DNA from: Alphaproteobacteria bacterium
Lineage (GTDB): Bacteria; Pseudomonadota; Alphaproteobacteria; UBA7985
Assembly (NCBI GenBank): GCA_049612785.1
Contig: JBMZBW010000003.1
Coordinates: forward strand, 1 to 59,661
Reading direction: 5' to 3'
DNA: 59,661 bases
The position numbers and the translations under genes are program-made. This document shows positions 9,934 to 21,016 of the stretch, piece after piece. The notes beneath the pieces are model-generated. The model was not told where the DNA came from and searched no databases. It was given only the letters and a program-made list of their open reading frames with translations. How positions within the stretch are numbered: the stretch's first letter is position 1; each line of letters begins with the position of its first letter.

Positions 9934-10058
9934 AGCAGCCTCCTTTCGTACAAACGCAAAGCACCTTCTCGGTGGTGCGTGAGCGCTTCGGCTGGTTTTC
10001 AGCGCAACCAACCTCTATGCTTGCGCTAAGCAGATCTGGCAGCAGAGAAAGCGGATTT

Positions 10059-10745
10059 ATGACCCTCTGGCAACGCATATTACGTGCATTGGAGCTCGGC
10101 ATTGATGCAGTGCTGGGCCGAGCGCGCGCCAAGGGAGACAAATCTGAAGCCTTCACAATTGGCGTCATAGCACTGGGCGCAAAGCTCTCAAAAGCTGACG
10201 GACAGGTCACGCGGGATGAGGTTCGCGCTTTTCGCGATGTTTTTCACGTACCCGAGGACCAGCATGAAAATGTCGCCATGCTGTTCAATCTTGCACGGCA
10301 AGACGTGGCTGGCTTCGACGGTTACGCGCGCAATGTCTCCAAACTGTTCGAGCCCCGCAGTCCGGAACTCGAACGGCTCATGGCCTGCCTGTTCCACATT
10401 GCGTCCGCGGATGGCGAGGTGTCGCCGCCGGAGATGGATTTCCTTGGCTATGTCGCAGAAATCTTTGGCTGGAACCCGGCTGAATTCGAGCGGCTTGCGT
10501 TGATTTATCGGCAGGATTTGGAAGATGATCCTTTCGTCATTCTTGGCGTTGAGCGCGATGCCAGCTGGAATGATATCAAGAAAGCGCACCGTTCACTGGT
10601 GCGAGAACATCATCCGGATCAACTGGCGTCTTTGGGTCTGCCAGACGAGCTGATGGCCTTGGCAGACAAGCAACTCGCCCGGATCAACGCAGCTTTCTCC
10701 CGACTAAAAGAGCTTTACACAACCCCGGCCTTGGTTGAGGACTAA
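10059..10745 (+). CDS. djlA: DjlA-like co-chaperone (TerB-like domain + C-terminal J domain)
   Basis: AFTIGVIALGAKLSKADG, IASADG, J-domain HHPD; likely start MTLWQR. Confidence 0.85.
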   Translation: MTLWQRILRALELGIDAVLGRARAKGDKSEAFTIGVIALGAKLSKADGQVTRDEVRAFRDVFHVPEDQHENVAMLFNLARQDVAGFDGYARNVSKLFEPRSPELERLMACLFHIASADGEVSPPEMDFLGYVAEIFGWNPAEFERLALIYRQDLEDDPFVILGVERDASWNDIKKAHRSLVREHHPDQLASLGLPDELMALADKQLARINAAFSRLKELYTTPALVED

Positions 10746-10749
10746 GCCC

Positions 10750-11140
<391 letters not shown>

Positions 11141-11319
11141 CTTGATTTCTGCCCCTGAAATACCGAGTCTAACTGCATACATAACGAATCGAAATTTCAC
11201 TAAAAATCTTGCGTTTTCAATTTACTCGCATCATATCCTCAGTTACATTGTCCAAAATTATGCGCTGCGCATTTCCGCAGTGAGTCTGGAAATTGAACAT
11301 CGATAGTCCCGCCTGATTT

Positions 11320-11334
11320 TTAAGGGGTCCTTAA
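11320..11334. promoter_or_regulatory. Putative CtrA binding site ahead of the dcw cluster
   Basis: TTAA-GGGGTCC-TTAA (TTAA-N7-TTAA), ending 6 bp before the rsmH ATG. Confidence 0.65.
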
Positions 11335-11340
11335 ACTGCA

Positions 11341-12366
11341 ATGTTTGCCGTTCCGCCCGAGCTGATTGACACGCCGCACGAGCATGATCCTGTCATGCTG
11401 CGCGAAGTCATGGCTGCGGCTGGTGTTTCCGCAGGGGAACGGGTGGTCGATGGAACGTTCGGACGAGGTGGCTACGCGCGCGGGATCCTCAATGCCCAAC
11501 CCAATTGCCGCTACATCGGTTTGGATCGAGACCCTGTGGCCGTCGAATATGGTCAGGGCCTGAGCAACGAGCTTACAGGTCTGGAAGTCCACCACGCGGC
11601 ATTTTCTGAAATGGAAACGGTTGTCCGGGATCTGGGGCTGAACAGTGTCGATGTCGTTATCCTCGATTTGGGGGTTTCTTCACCGCAGATTGATCAGGCC
11701 GAGCGCGGGTTCTCCTTTGGTAAAGACGGCCCGCTGGACATGCGCATGGATACCTCAAGCGGGAGTTCAGCGGCAGACGTGGTTAATGCCATGGGCGAAG
11801 AAGACCTCGCCAACGTGATCTATAAGTACGGCGAAGAACGCCGCTCTCGCGCTGTCGCTCGCGCCATTATCGAGGCGCGCGCAGAAGCGCCGATTGAGAC
11901 GACAGGAAGATTAGCGGAAATCGTTCGCTCGGTGGTTTGGCGGTCTAAGGATGGCATTGACCCGGCAACCCGAACCTTCCAGGGCCTACGCATTCACGTC
12001 AACGACGAGTTGGGCGAATTGGAACGCGGTCTGGAGGCCGCAGAAGCGATACTCGAGCCGGGTGGCCGCTTGGTTGTGGTGACCTTTCACAGTCTTGAAG
12101 ACCGTATTGTTAAAGCATTCCTGAAGGCGCGTGCGTCCAAGAGTGCTGCAAAAGGCCGATTGATGCCTTGGGAAGAGGATGAAGCAGAGGACAGGGCTCA
12201 GACCTTCATTCTCCTCAATAAGAAGCCGCTGCAGGCTCAAAAGGACGAATGCCGCGCCAACCCGCGCGCGCGTTCAGCCAAGCTGCGCGCGGCACAACGG
12301 ACGGAAACCGCGGCAGGGGGTGCTGTGGTGGACGCTGAATCCAAGCAAACTGGAGCCAACCTTTGA
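11341..12366 (+). CDS. rsmH: 16S rRNA m4C1402 methyltransferase
   Basis: HDPVML, DGTFGRGG, DLGVSSPQID, PLDMRM, TFHSLEDRIVK, NPRARSAKLR. Confidence 0.96.
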   Translation: MFAVPPELIDTPHEHDPVMLREVMAAAGVSAGERVVDGTFGRGGYARGILNAQPNCRYIGLDRDPVAVEYGQGLSNELTGLEVHHAAFSEMETVVRDLGLNSVDVVILDLGVSSPQIDQAERGFSFGKDGPLDMRMDTSSGSSAADVVNAMGEEDLANVIYKYGEERRSRAVARAIIEARAEAPIETTGRLAEIVRSVVWRSKDGIDPATRTFQGLRIHVNDELGELERGLEAAEAILEPGGRLVVVTFHSLEDRIVKAFLKARASKSAAKGRLMPWEEDEAEDRAQTFILLNKKPLQAQKDECRANPRARSAKLRAAQRTETAAGGAVVDAESKQTGANL

Positions 12367-12818
12367 TTCGCGTTTCCTACATACTATGGCTGGCGTTTTT
12401 TATGGCCCTGATCATTGCGCTGTTTCAGGTGAAATACACCGTGCAGCAGGTGGCGGAGCGTCGTAACGCAACCATCCAGCAGATTGATGAAACCAAGGAA
12501 CGGGTGCGCAAGCTGCATCTGGAGTGGGAGCAGCTAAACCAGCCGCGCCGCCTGACCAAACTCAGCAAGGATTTCCTGCCGGAGTTCACTGAAGGCGAGT
12601 CCGGTTCCATCGCACCGGCGGAACAACTGCCCGTGCGTCCGGAAAACCTGCGCCCTGTGGCCTACCTGACCATCGAAGAACCGGAACAGGGTTTTTCCCA
12701 GCAAATGATGATCGACGGGGAAAATCTCCGTGAGGTTGGCTCTATGCGTCCGATCCACGCGCCTGACCTGCTTCAGGCCATCATTGGCCAGCACGCCAGC
12801 TCGTACACAGTGGAGTAA
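12363..12818 (+). CDS. ftsL: Cell division protein FtsL (alphaproteobacterial type)
   Basis: TM helix, LFQVKY, coiled coil, EWEQLNQPRRL; lies between rsmH and ftsI. Confidence 0.8.
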   Translation: MIRVSYILWLAFFMALIIALFQVKYTVQQVAERRNATIQQIDETKERVRKLHLEWEQLNQPRRLTKLSKDFLPEFTEGESGSIAPAEQLPVRPENLRPVAYLTIEEPEQGFSQQMMIDGENLREVGSMRPIHAPDLLQAIIGQHASSYTVE

Positions 12819-12827
12819 CTCATTCGA

Positions 12828-14543
12828 ATGACGGCCTATACACCCGACCCCTCCACCCACGTTCTCGACGCCAATCTCGGGCTTTCGCCTGAACGCGTGC
12901 GTCCGGGAAAACCGGCAAGGGACCAGCGCCATTTGCGCGCCTTATCGCCCTTTCGGTTGTGGTTGTTGGGTTTGGTGTTCTTTGGGCTGTTTGCCGGGAT
13001 CGGTGCAAAAATTGTCCACCTCGCCGTTATTGCCGAAGCGCGAGGACCGCTGAAGGTCATTGAATATGTTCTGGACGGCCCTGCCGACGAACACCGTCGC
13101 AGCCGCATCGAGGATCGCAACGGACGCATCCTTGCAGACAATGTCTACCGCAAAGCCGCTTATGCCAATCCGAAGAAAATTCAGGATCTGGATGGTATGC
13201 TGAGTGGCTTGTCTGGAATTTTTCCGGACATGGATATCGAAAGTCTGCGCAGCCAGTTGAGCAATAAGGATCGCAGTTTCGTCTACATTCGGCGCGGACT
13301 GACCCCGCGAGAAGAACAAGCGGTTTGGGATCTGGGCGAGCCGGGGTTGGAGTTTCTGCCCGAACAGCATCGGGTGTACCCCAAGGGTAACCTGACTGCC
13401 CACGTGGTCGGTTTCAACGACATCGATACAGTCGGCCTCGCCGGTGTCGAAGCCTACTTTGATCGCTCGTTGCAGCAGGGTGTCGCGCCGCTTCAACTGT
13501 CCATCGACGTTGGCATACAACACGTGGTGGCCGAAGAATTGGCAGCCGCCATCGAAGAGTTTGAGGCTCCAGCCGGTGCAGCAATCCTGCTGGACGCCAA
13601 TTCTTCTGAAGTTTTGTCGTTGGTTTCCCTGCCTGACTTCGACCCCTACAATCCGGGCGCTCAGTCACAGGCTCAGCTTCGAAACCGGGCGACCTATGAA
13701 ACCTATGAACTTGGCTCGGTCTTCAAGGTCTTTACCCTTGCCGCTGCGCTGGAAACGGGCGTGATCGAGGAAAACGAAGAAATCGACGTTACGGGGCCAT
13801 TGAGCATTGGACGCTTTAAGATCAAGGACTTCCACCCGCACAATGGCACGATGGACCCGAAAACCATCCTATCCGAGTCCTCGAACATCGGTGCTGCAAA
13901 GATGGCGCTGCGGCTTGGCGCGCAAGAGCAGAAACAGTTCCTAAACAGCCTCGGATTGCTTACTTCCGCCGAAATCGAAGTTCAGGAAGTGTCCGCCCCC
14001 ACGTATCCTTCGACGTGGAAAAAGACCCAGACCATTACCATCAGTTACGGTCACGGTGTCGCAACCTCACCGTTGCAGGTCGCTAACGCTTTTGCCGCCG
14101 TGGTGAACGGCGGCATCTACCGTCCCGCTACACTGGTAAAGCGCGACCCAACCGCTGCCATGCACGACGGCAAACGGGTTATTTCAGAGCGAACATCGAT
14201 CAAAGTCCGTGAAATGCTTGACTACGTGGTCCGCGAAGGCACAGGCGGTAACGCCGATGCCGAAGGTTATCGCGTGGGCGGCAAGACGGGCACCGCAGAT
14301 AAGCCCTCTCGTGGCGCCTATAACGAAAATTCCCGGATTGCGACTTTCCTTGGCGCTTTCCCCATCGAAGACCCCAAGTACGTCCTTCTGGTTATGGTCG
14401 ATGAGCCTTTGCCACAGGAGCACACCTACGGCTACGCCACTGGCGGTTGGGTTGCAGCCCCTGCGTTCAAGCGTATTGTCGAGCGCACTGCGCCCATGTT
14501 GGGTGTTGAGCAAATTCTCCCCATCGCTGAGGAGAGCGACTAA
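12828..14543 (+). CDS. ftsI: Penicillin-binding protein 3
   Basis: RSRIEDRNG, RVYPKG, SVFK, SSN and KTG transpeptidase motifs. Confidence 0.95.
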   Translation: MTAYTPDPSTHVLDANLGLSPERVRPGKPARDQRHLRALSPFRLWLLGLVFFGLFAGIGAKIVHLAVIAEARGPLKVIEYVLDGPADEHRRSRIEDRNGRILADNVYRKAAYANPKKIQDLDGMLSGLSGIFPDMDIESLRSQLSNKDRSFVYIRRGLTPREEQAVWDLGEPGLEFLPEQHRVYPKGNLTAHVVGFNDIDTVGLAGVEAYFDRSLQQGVAPLQLSIDVGIQHVVAEELAAAIEEFEAPAGAAILLDANSSEVLSLVSLPDFDPYNPGAQSQAQLRNRATYETYELGSVFKVFTLAAALETGVIEENEEIDVTGPLSIGRFKIKDFHPHNGTMDPKTILSESSNIGAAKMALRLGAQEQKQFLNSLGLLTSAEIEVQEVSAPTYPSTWKKTQTITISYGHGVATSPLQVANAFAAVVNGGIYRPATLVKRDPTAAMHDGKRVISERTSIKVREMLDYVVREGTGGNADAEGYRVGGKTGTADKPSRGAYNENSRIATFLGAFPIEDPKYVLLVMVDEPLPQEHTYGYATGGWVAAPAFKRIVERTAPMLGVEQILPIAEESD

Positions 14544-14557
14544 GTCGCCGCGCATGA

Positions 14558-16033
14558 ATGACGTTTCCCGTATCCACGCTCATTCAATGGCTGGCTGAAG
14601 TCGGCATTGAGGTTTCGGTCACCGGTGCGACTGATACCCCGGTTAGTCATCTGACTTTTGACAGCCGCACCGTGAAAAAAGGTGCCCTGTTTGCGGCTTT
14701 GCCCGGCAGCCGGGTTGACGGCCACGACTACATTGAAAAGGCGTGCGAGGCTGAAGCCAGCGCGATTTTGGTGCAGCGAATGCCGGACAACGTGACCGGC
14801 GTATGTGTGATCCAGGTAAACGATTCTGCTCGCGCGCTTGCTGCCATTGCCGCAAGGTTCTTTGGCCCCCTACCCGCCTGTTTGCAGGCTGTAACGGGAA
14901 CCAATGGCAAGACCTCCGTCGCGCATTTCGTGCGCCTGCTTCACGGTGAAGAAAAGGCTGTGTCCATAGGGACGCTTGGCATGATGCCGGGGGGTCTGTT
15001 TGACATGCCTTACCTGACCAGCCCGGACCAGATTGCCGTCGCGCAGGGTTTGGCTGCAGCAGCTCAGCAGGGGCGAGAGTTCGCGATTATTGAGGCTTCG
15101 TCTCACGGATTGGATCAAGGACGCCTCGATGGTCTCACGTTTGACGCAGCAGCCTTCACCAACCTCAGCCGGGATCACCTCGACTACCACGCGACGATGG
15201 AAGATTACTGGCTGGCGAAACGTCGTCTGTTTACGGATCGCCTGATTTCTGGCGGCTCAGTCGTCATCGATGAACGTACGCCGCAGGCAGCAGAATTGGA
15301 TGGTTTGGGGCTGAACCTGTTTCGCTTGGGCGCTCTGGACAGCAAGACGGCTGCCCTGGCCTATTCAGCCCAACCGCGCCCCAGCGGGCTTGGCTTTACC
15401 TTTCGCCTCAACCAGCAAAACTACAGTCTAGACCTCCCTCTTTTTGGAACGTTTCAGGGCGAGAACATCGCCGTTGCGCTTGCCTTGGCTCACTTGAGTG
15501 GATTGAGCGATCTGGCGGAGCGGCTTGCCGCGATTCCGGCAAAAGCCCTAGGGGTGCCCGGAAGAATGATGCCCGTTGTCAGTCACCCTTCACCGCCGCA
15601 TGGTCGAGTGCTTGTCGATTATGCCCATACACCCGATGCGCTGGCGACGGTGCTGCAGGCTGCGCGCCCGCATTGCCGGGGAAAACTGATCGTGGCCTTT
15701 GGCGCAGGAGGAGACCGGGATCCGGGAAAGCGGATCCTGATGGGCAAGGCGGCTGCTGACTTCGCAGACCTTGTCATCGTCACAGACGACAACCCCCGCA
15801 CCGAAGACCCCGCGCCGATCCGCGCAACCATTCGCCAAGCAGCACCAAATGCGCTGGACATCGGCAATCGCCGGAAGGCCATCGAAACCGGCCTGAGTGC
15901 GATGGAACCCGAAGATTTGTTCATTATCGCGGGGAAAGGTCACGAAACGGGCCAGATTGTCGGCGATACAACGCTACCGTTTGATGATGCTGAGGAAGCG
16001 CAACAGGTCGCGCAGCAACTTTGGGGGAGATGA
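14558..16033 (+). CDS. murE: UDP-MurNAc-dipeptide--meso-DAP ligase
   Basis: TGTNGKT, EASSHGL, DHLDYH, DYAHTPD, DDNPR (meso-DAP type), AGKGHE. Confidence 0.95.
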   Translation: MTFPVSTLIQWLAEVGIEVSVTGATDTPVSHLTFDSRTVKKGALFAALPGSRVDGHDYIEKACEAEASAILVQRMPDNVTGVCVIQVNDSARALAAIAARFFGPLPACLQAVTGTNGKTSVAHFVRLLHGEEKAVSIGTLGMMPGGLFDMPYLTSPDQIAVAQGLAAAAQQGREFAIIEASSHGLDQGRLDGLTFDAAAFTNLSRDHLDYHATMEDYWLAKRRLFTDRLISGGSVVIDERTPQAAELDGLGLNLFRLGALDSKTAALAYSAQPRPSGLGFTFRLNQQNYSLDLPLFGTFQGENIAVALALAHLSGLSDLAERLAAIPAKALGVPGRMMPVVSHPSPPHGRVLVDYAHTPDALATVLQAARPHCRGKLIVAFGAGGDRDPGKRILMGKAAADFADLVIVTDDNPRTEDPAPIRATIRQAAPNALDIGNRRKAIETGLSAMEPEDLFIIAGKGHETGQIVGDTTLPFDDAEEAQQVAQQLWGR

Positions 16034-16036
16034 TCT

Positions 16037-17386
16037 TTGAGTCTCTGGACCGCTGGAGAAATTGCAAGGGCTACGGGGGGAAAGCTCGTTGGCTTGGCCG
16101 ATAGCGCGGTCGAAGGTGTTTCAATCGATACCCGCACGATTGCCAAGAACGACCTCTTCATCGCACTTCGCGGACCAAACCATGATGCGCACAATTTTGC
16201 GGGCAAGGCTGTTGAAGCCGGTGCCAGCGTGCTTCTCGTCGAGCGGGAACTGAGTGCGCCTGCCACGCAAGTCATCGTGCCAGACACCACCAAAGCCATG
16301 GAAGATCTCGGAGCTGCGCGACGGGCCGAAATGAACGGTTTTGTGCTGGGAATTACAGGATCAGTGGGAAAAACCGGCACCAAGGAACTGGCTGCAGCGG
16401 CCTTTGGTGCCCTTGGCAAAACCCATGCAACCCTCGGCAACCTGAACAACCATTTTGGGGTTCCCCTGACCCTCGCACGCATGCCGCGCGACAGCGAATT
16501 TGCAGTAATTGAGATGGGGATGAGCGCACCGGGCGAAATCCGGACACTGACCAAGCAGGTTCAACCCCACGCAGCCCTGATTACTTGGATTTCTGCTGCG
16601 CATAGCGCTTTCTTTGACAGCACCGAGCAAATTGCCAGAGCAAAGGCGGAGATATTTGATGGCTTGTCGGCAGATGGTGTAGCCATCCTGCCAGAAGACA
16701 ATGAACACGCGAACCTCTTGCGAGAACTGGCGACAGGTCACCCTGTCCGCTCTTTTGGCTTTGATGCTGGGGCCGATGTGCAGGTGGTTGCCACCCACGT
16801 GACCGAAACGCGTTTTGGCTATGTTGTTGACGGTCTGCCTGTTGAACTCGCTCTGGCCGGTGAGCAATGGGGCGGGTCCGCGGCGGGTCTTCTGGCTGCT
16901 TTGCCCGCAGGTCTGGACCGTGAGCGGTTTCTCACCGGCATGAGCAAGGTGGAACCTCTCAAAGGTCGGGGTAAGCGCTTTGAAATTGCTGCTGCAGACG
17001 GCGGTACAGCCATTCTGATTGACGAATCGTATAATGCGTCCCCTGCTGCGGTTGAGGCTGCACTGAAATTATTGGTTGCCACACCTACTCAAGGTCGAAG
17101 AATAGCCCTGCTCGGAGATATGCTTGAGTTGGATCACCCGGAACAGGAACATGAAGCCATTGGCCGCTTGATAGCCGATTTGCCCATAGATTGCGTTCAC
17201 GTGAGCGGATCGTTTGGTGAACATACGCTGAAATCGGTGAATAGTCGGCAAAGAGGGCTTTCAGCCCCCGAACCTCAGTCGCTATACACAGAAGTTGCAC
17301 AGTCTGTTCACGCTGGAGACATATGGCTGGTCAAAGGCTCATTGGGGTCAAAAGTACATACGATTGTTGATACTCTGGTTTCGTGA
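16037..17386 (+). CDS. murF: UDP-MurNAc-tripeptide--D-Ala-D-Ala ligase
   Basis: TGSVGKT, NLNNHFGVPLTL, EMGM, DESYNASP, GDMLEL, VKGS. Confidence 0.95.
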   Translation: MSLWTAGEIARATGGKLVGLADSAVEGVSIDTRTIAKNDLFIALRGPNHDAHNFAGKAVEAGASVLLVERELSAPATQVIVPDTTKAMEDLGAARRAEMNGFVLGITGSVGKTGTKELAAAAFGALGKTHATLGNLNNHFGVPLTLARMPRDSEFAVIEMGMSAPGEIRTLTKQVQPHAALITWISAAHSAFFDSTEQIARAKAEIFDGLSADGVAILPEDNEHANLLRELATGHPVRSFGFDAGADVQVVATHVTETRFGYVVDGLPVELALAGEQWGGSAAGLLAALPAGLDRERFLTGMSKVEPLKGRGKRFEIAAADGGTAILIDESYNASPAAVEAALKLLVATPTQGRRIALLGDMLELDHPEQEHEAIGRLIADLPIDCVHVSGSFGEHTLKSVNSRQRGLSAPEPQSLYTEVAQSVHAGDIWLVKGSLGSKVHTIVDTLVS

Positions 17387-17412
17387 ATTTTTTGGATCGG
17401 TAAAGCACACAA

Positions 17413-18501
17413 ATGTTGCCTCTTCTGCTCGGCCCATACGCCGATGATTACACCATCGCCAATCTGCTCAGTTACACCTCGACCCGAGGCGGACTGGCGG
17501 TCTTTACCGCTCTGATCATTTGTTTCTTTATCGGCCCGCCGATCATCGCCTGGCTGCGCTCGGTTCAGAAAAAGGGTCAACCTATCCGCACCGATGGACC
17601 GGAAAGCCATCTGCTGACGAAAAAAGGAACACCCACCATGGGTGGCGCGATGATCCTGTTTTCGATGCTTGCCTCTACGATCATCTGGGCTGATCTTTCG
17701 AACCCTTACATTTGGATCGTTTTGTTTGTTACCAGCGGCTACGGACTGCTGGGCTTCATCGATGACTATATCAAGGTGTCCAAGCAAAGCCCCGATGGTA
17801 TCGCTGGTCGGTTTAAGATCTTTGGGCAGTTGGCTATCGGCCTGATTGCCTGCGCAATGATCTACTTTGTTTCGCCCGAAGATCTGGCGGGTAAGCTGCT
17901 GTTCCCGGTCTTCAAGGACTGGTACCTGCCTCTAGGCATGTTCATGATTCTCTTCGGCCTGTTCGTCATGATTGGCAGCTCGAATGCTGTGAACCTGACC
18001 GATGGTCTTGATGGACTGGCGATTGTGCCGATCATGATTGCTGGCGGTTCCTTTGGTATTATTGCTTACGTGGTCGGTCGCCCCGACTGGTCACAGGACC
18101 TCGCGCTCAACATGGTTCCGGGCACCTCTGAACTGGCCGTGCTGTGCGCCGCACTCGTGGGGGCCGGACTTGGATTTCTGTGGTTTAACGCACCGCCGGC
18201 TCAGGTGTTCATGGGCGATACTGGCTCGTTGGCTGCCGGCGGCGCCATTGGCACCATCGCGGTCATCACCAAACACGAACTTGTCCTCGCCATTATCGGC
18301 GGACTGTTCGTTATGGAAGCCTTGTCGGTCATCATTCAGGTTGGCTCATACAAACTCACCGGTAAGCGGGTTTTCCGCATGGCACCGATTCATCATCACT
18401 TTGAAAAGATGGGGTGGTCAGAACCTACGGTCGTTATCCGTTTCTGGATCGTTGCCGTGATCCTCGCATTGATCGGTCTTGCGACCCTGAAAATTCGCTA
18501 A
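17413..18501 (+). CDS. mraY: Phospho-MurNAc-pentapeptide transferase
   Basis: [40 protein letters not shown]. Confidence 0.97.
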   Translation: MLPLLLGPYADDYTIANLLSYTSTRGGLAVFTALIICFFIGPPIIAWLRSVQKKGQPIRTDGPESHLLTKKGTPTMGGAMILFSMLASTIIWADLSNPYIWIVLFVTSGYGLLGFIDDYIKVSKQSPDGIAGRFKIFGQLAIGLIACAMIYFVSPEDLAGKLLFPVFKDWYLPLGMFMILFGLFVMIGSSNAVNLTDGLDGLAIVPIMIAGGSFGIIAYVVGRPDWSQDLALNMVPGTSELAVLCAALVGAGLGFLWFNAPPAQVFMGDTGSLAAGGAIGTIAVITKHELVLAIIGGLFVMEALSVIIQVGSYKLTGKRVFRMAPIHHHFEKMGWSEPTVVIRFWIVAVILALIGLATLKIR

Positions 18502-18521
18502 GCGGGACAGCGACCAGCAAA

Positions 18522-19883
18522 ATGATCCCGCTCAGTCACCTCAAGGGCCAGAAAATCGCAGTGCTTGGCCTGTCTCGAACAGGTCAGGCGACCGCGCGAG
18601 CTGCCCTGGCAGGCGGGGCACAGGTCGATGTCTGGGACGACAACCCGGATAATCCAACGCCTGAAGGGGCCACACGGATAAACTTCCCTGAGCAGGGTCT
18701 TGATGGCCACGATGCTCTGGTGATGTCGCCGGGTATTCCGCTCACCCATCCCAAACCACACAATGCGGTTTTACTGGCGAAAGCAGCGTCGATTCCCGTG
18801 ATTGGTGACATCGAGCTGCTCTGGCGCGAGCGCCGGTCTCAAAACCCGTTCATTGGCATAACCGGCACCAACGGCAAATCCACCACCACCGCACTGGTTG
18901 GCCACATCCTGCACCACGCACAGGTCCCAGTCGCCGTGGGCGGCAATATCGGCGATGCGGTCCTCTCACTGGACGCGCCAACGCAAGGGGCACCTTTTGT
19001 GCTGGAGGTCTCCAGCTATCAGCTCGACCTTTGCCGCAGCACCGAATTTGCGGCCGCAGCATTGCTGAATATCACGCCCGATCACCTCTCCCGCCATGGT
19101 GGTCTTTCCGGTTACATCGACGCCAAGCTGCGGATATTTGCACGCCAAAAGGCTGGCAATCTTGCACTCATCGGTGTGGATGATGAGCACGGAAAAACCA
19201 TTGCCGCCGCCCTCAGCCACCACAGCCGCGCCAGCGTTCTTTCGGTGACAACCGCGAAACCGCTTGAATACGGCATTTCCGCTTACGGTGGTGATCTTAG
19301 GCTGAATGGTCACCCCATCACCGACCTCAGAGCCATCCCGAGACTGGCCGGAGAACACAACTGGCAGAACGCGGCTATTGCTGCTGGATTGGCTTGGCAT
19401 TCGGGTTTGACGGCGGATCAAATCGCTGAAGGCCTGCACTCATTTCCGGGTCTTGCGCATCGACAGGAGCTGCTCGGAACCAAGGACGGGATCAGCTTTG
19501 TCAACGACAGCAAGGCAACCAATGCAGAAGCAGCAGCCGTCGCTTTGCGCGCCTGCAAAAACGTCTACTGGCTGGCTGGTGGGCAATCCAAGGAAGGCGG
19601 GCTTCAGGCCGCCATGCATGATCTTGAAGGGGTTAAAGCGGCCTTCGTTTACGGTGAGTGCGCCCAGAATTTCGCCGATCAGCTCGCTGCCAAGCCATTT
19701 TCAACACAGGTTTTTCCGACATTAGAAGCGGCATTTGAGGCCGCTTTAGCGGCGGCGAGGGACGAATCCATAGATTCTGCGACGATTTTACTGGCACCCG
19801 CGGCCGCTTCGTGGGATCAATTCACATCTTTTGAAGCCCGAGGCGATGTTTTTCGAGCCTTGGCAGATGCCTATTTGAACTAG
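18522..19883 (+). CDS. murD: UDP-MurNAc-L-Ala--D-Glu ligase
   Basis: SPGIP, TGTNGKSTT, GGNIG, EVSSYQL, NDSKATN, PAAASWDQF; start MIPLSH (18522). Confidence 0.95.
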   Translation: MIPLSHLKGQKIAVLGLSRTGQATARAALAGGAQVDVWDDNPDNPTPEGATRINFPEQGLDGHDALVMSPGIPLTHPKPHNAVLLAKAASIPVIGDIELLWRERRSQNPFIGITGTNGKSTTTALVGHILHHAQVPVAVGGNIGDAVLSLDAPTQGAPFVLEVSSYQLDLCRSTEFAAAALLNITPDHLSRHGGLSGYIDAKLRIFARQKAGNLALIGVDDEHGKTIAAALSHHSRASVLSVTTAKPLEYGISAYGGDLRLNGHPITDLRAIPRLAGEHNWQNAAIAAGLAWHSGLTADQIAEGLHSFPGLAHRQELLGTKDGISFVNDSKATNAEAAAVALRACKNVYWLAGGQSKEGGLQAAMHDLEGVKAAFVYGECAQNFADQLAAKPFSTQVFPTLEAAFEAALAAARDESIDSATILLAPAAASWDQFTSFEARGDVFRALADAYLN

Positions 19884-19894
19884 GGAATTTTGAC

Positions 19895-21016
19895 ATGACC
19901 CATGTCACCCGCTCTGACACGTCGCTCGTTGGGCGTTGGTGGTGGACAGTTGATCGCACAACCATTGGGATCGTGCTGATCCTCTTTGCTTTTGGTGCTT
20001 TGCTGTCGTTTTCCGCGTCTCCAGCCATGGCCGAACGTCTGGACCTCGAAGCCTTCTTTTTCGTCAAACGCCATCTGGTGTTCCTGCTGCCTTCGATGGT
20101 GCTCCTGTTCGGATTGAGTTTGTTCAGCCCTGTCTGGATCTGGCGGCTCTGCCTGCTGGGTGTGGCGGCAGGTTTTGGCGGCATGGTCCTAACCTTGCAA
20201 ATTGGCGAGGCCGTTAAGGGCGCAGAGCGCTGGATCGACCTGGGTATCGTAAAGCTTCAGCCTTCAGAGTTCATGAAGCCGGCGTTCTTTGTCATCTCTG
20301 CCTGGCTGTTCGCTCTGGATCGGCGCATGGGGCAGCGTTGGGCGCTACCGCTCAACGTTTTCATGTTGCTGGGTATGATCGCGCTTTTGATCTTGCAGAA
20401 GGATCTGGGTCAGTCGGTCCTGTTTGCCTCCGTATGGAGCATCCAGCTCTTCCTCGCCGGCTATCCGCTGGTCTGGATGTTCGGGCTGGCCGGGACAGGA
20501 ATTGTGGGCATGTTCGGTGCCTATAACTTCATGCCGCACGTACGCCGCCGGATTGACGGGTTCTATGACGTCGACGGGGATCGCTATCAGATCAACCGGG
20601 CAGCACAGGCGTTCAACGACGGCGGATGGCTGGGTGTCGGTCCCGGTGAAGGCAAGGTCAAGAACGCCATTCCGGATGTTCACAACGATTTCATCTTCTC
20701 TGTGCTGGGCGAAGAATTTGGCTTGATGGCTTGTATTGGGGTGCTGCTGGTTTACACGCTGCTCGTGCTTCGCGGCATTGGACAGGCGGCGCGATTTGAC
20801 AGTTTGTTCACGTCTCTTGTGGCACTTGGCATCGTTTGTCAGCTGGGTTTGCAAGCTTTGATCAACATGGCGTCAACTTTGGCGTTGATACCGACCAAGG
20901 GTATGACCCTGCCCTTCCTCAGTTATGGTGGTTCCTCGCTGCTGTCGCTGGCCCTATCCATGGGGATCTTCCTCGCCGTAACCCGGCGACGGCCCCGGCA
21001 AGAGAGCTTCTTATGA
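19895..21016 (+). CDS. ftsW: Peptidoglycan polymerase FtsW
   Basis: RWWWTVDR, QPSEFMK, DFIFSVLGEEFG, PTKGMTLPFLSYGGSS. Confidence 0.95.
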   Translation: MTHVTRSDTSLVGRWWWTVDRTTIGIVLILFAFGALLSFSASPAMAERLDLEAFFFVKRHLVFLLPSMVLLFGLSLFSPVWIWRLCLLGVAAGFGGMVLTLQIGEAVKGAERWIDLGIVKLQPSEFMKPAFFVISAWLFALDRRMGQRWALPLNVFMLLGMIALLILQKDLGQSVLFASVWSIQLFLAGYPLVWMFGLAGTGIVGMFGAYNFMPHVRRRIDGFYDVDGDRYQINRAAQAFNDGGWLGVGPGEGKVKNAIPDVHNDFIFSVLGEEFGLMACIGVLLVYTLLVLRGIGQAARFDSLFTSLVALGIVCQLGLQALINMASTLALIPTKGMTLPFLSYGGSSLLSLALSMGIFLAVTRRRPRQESFL

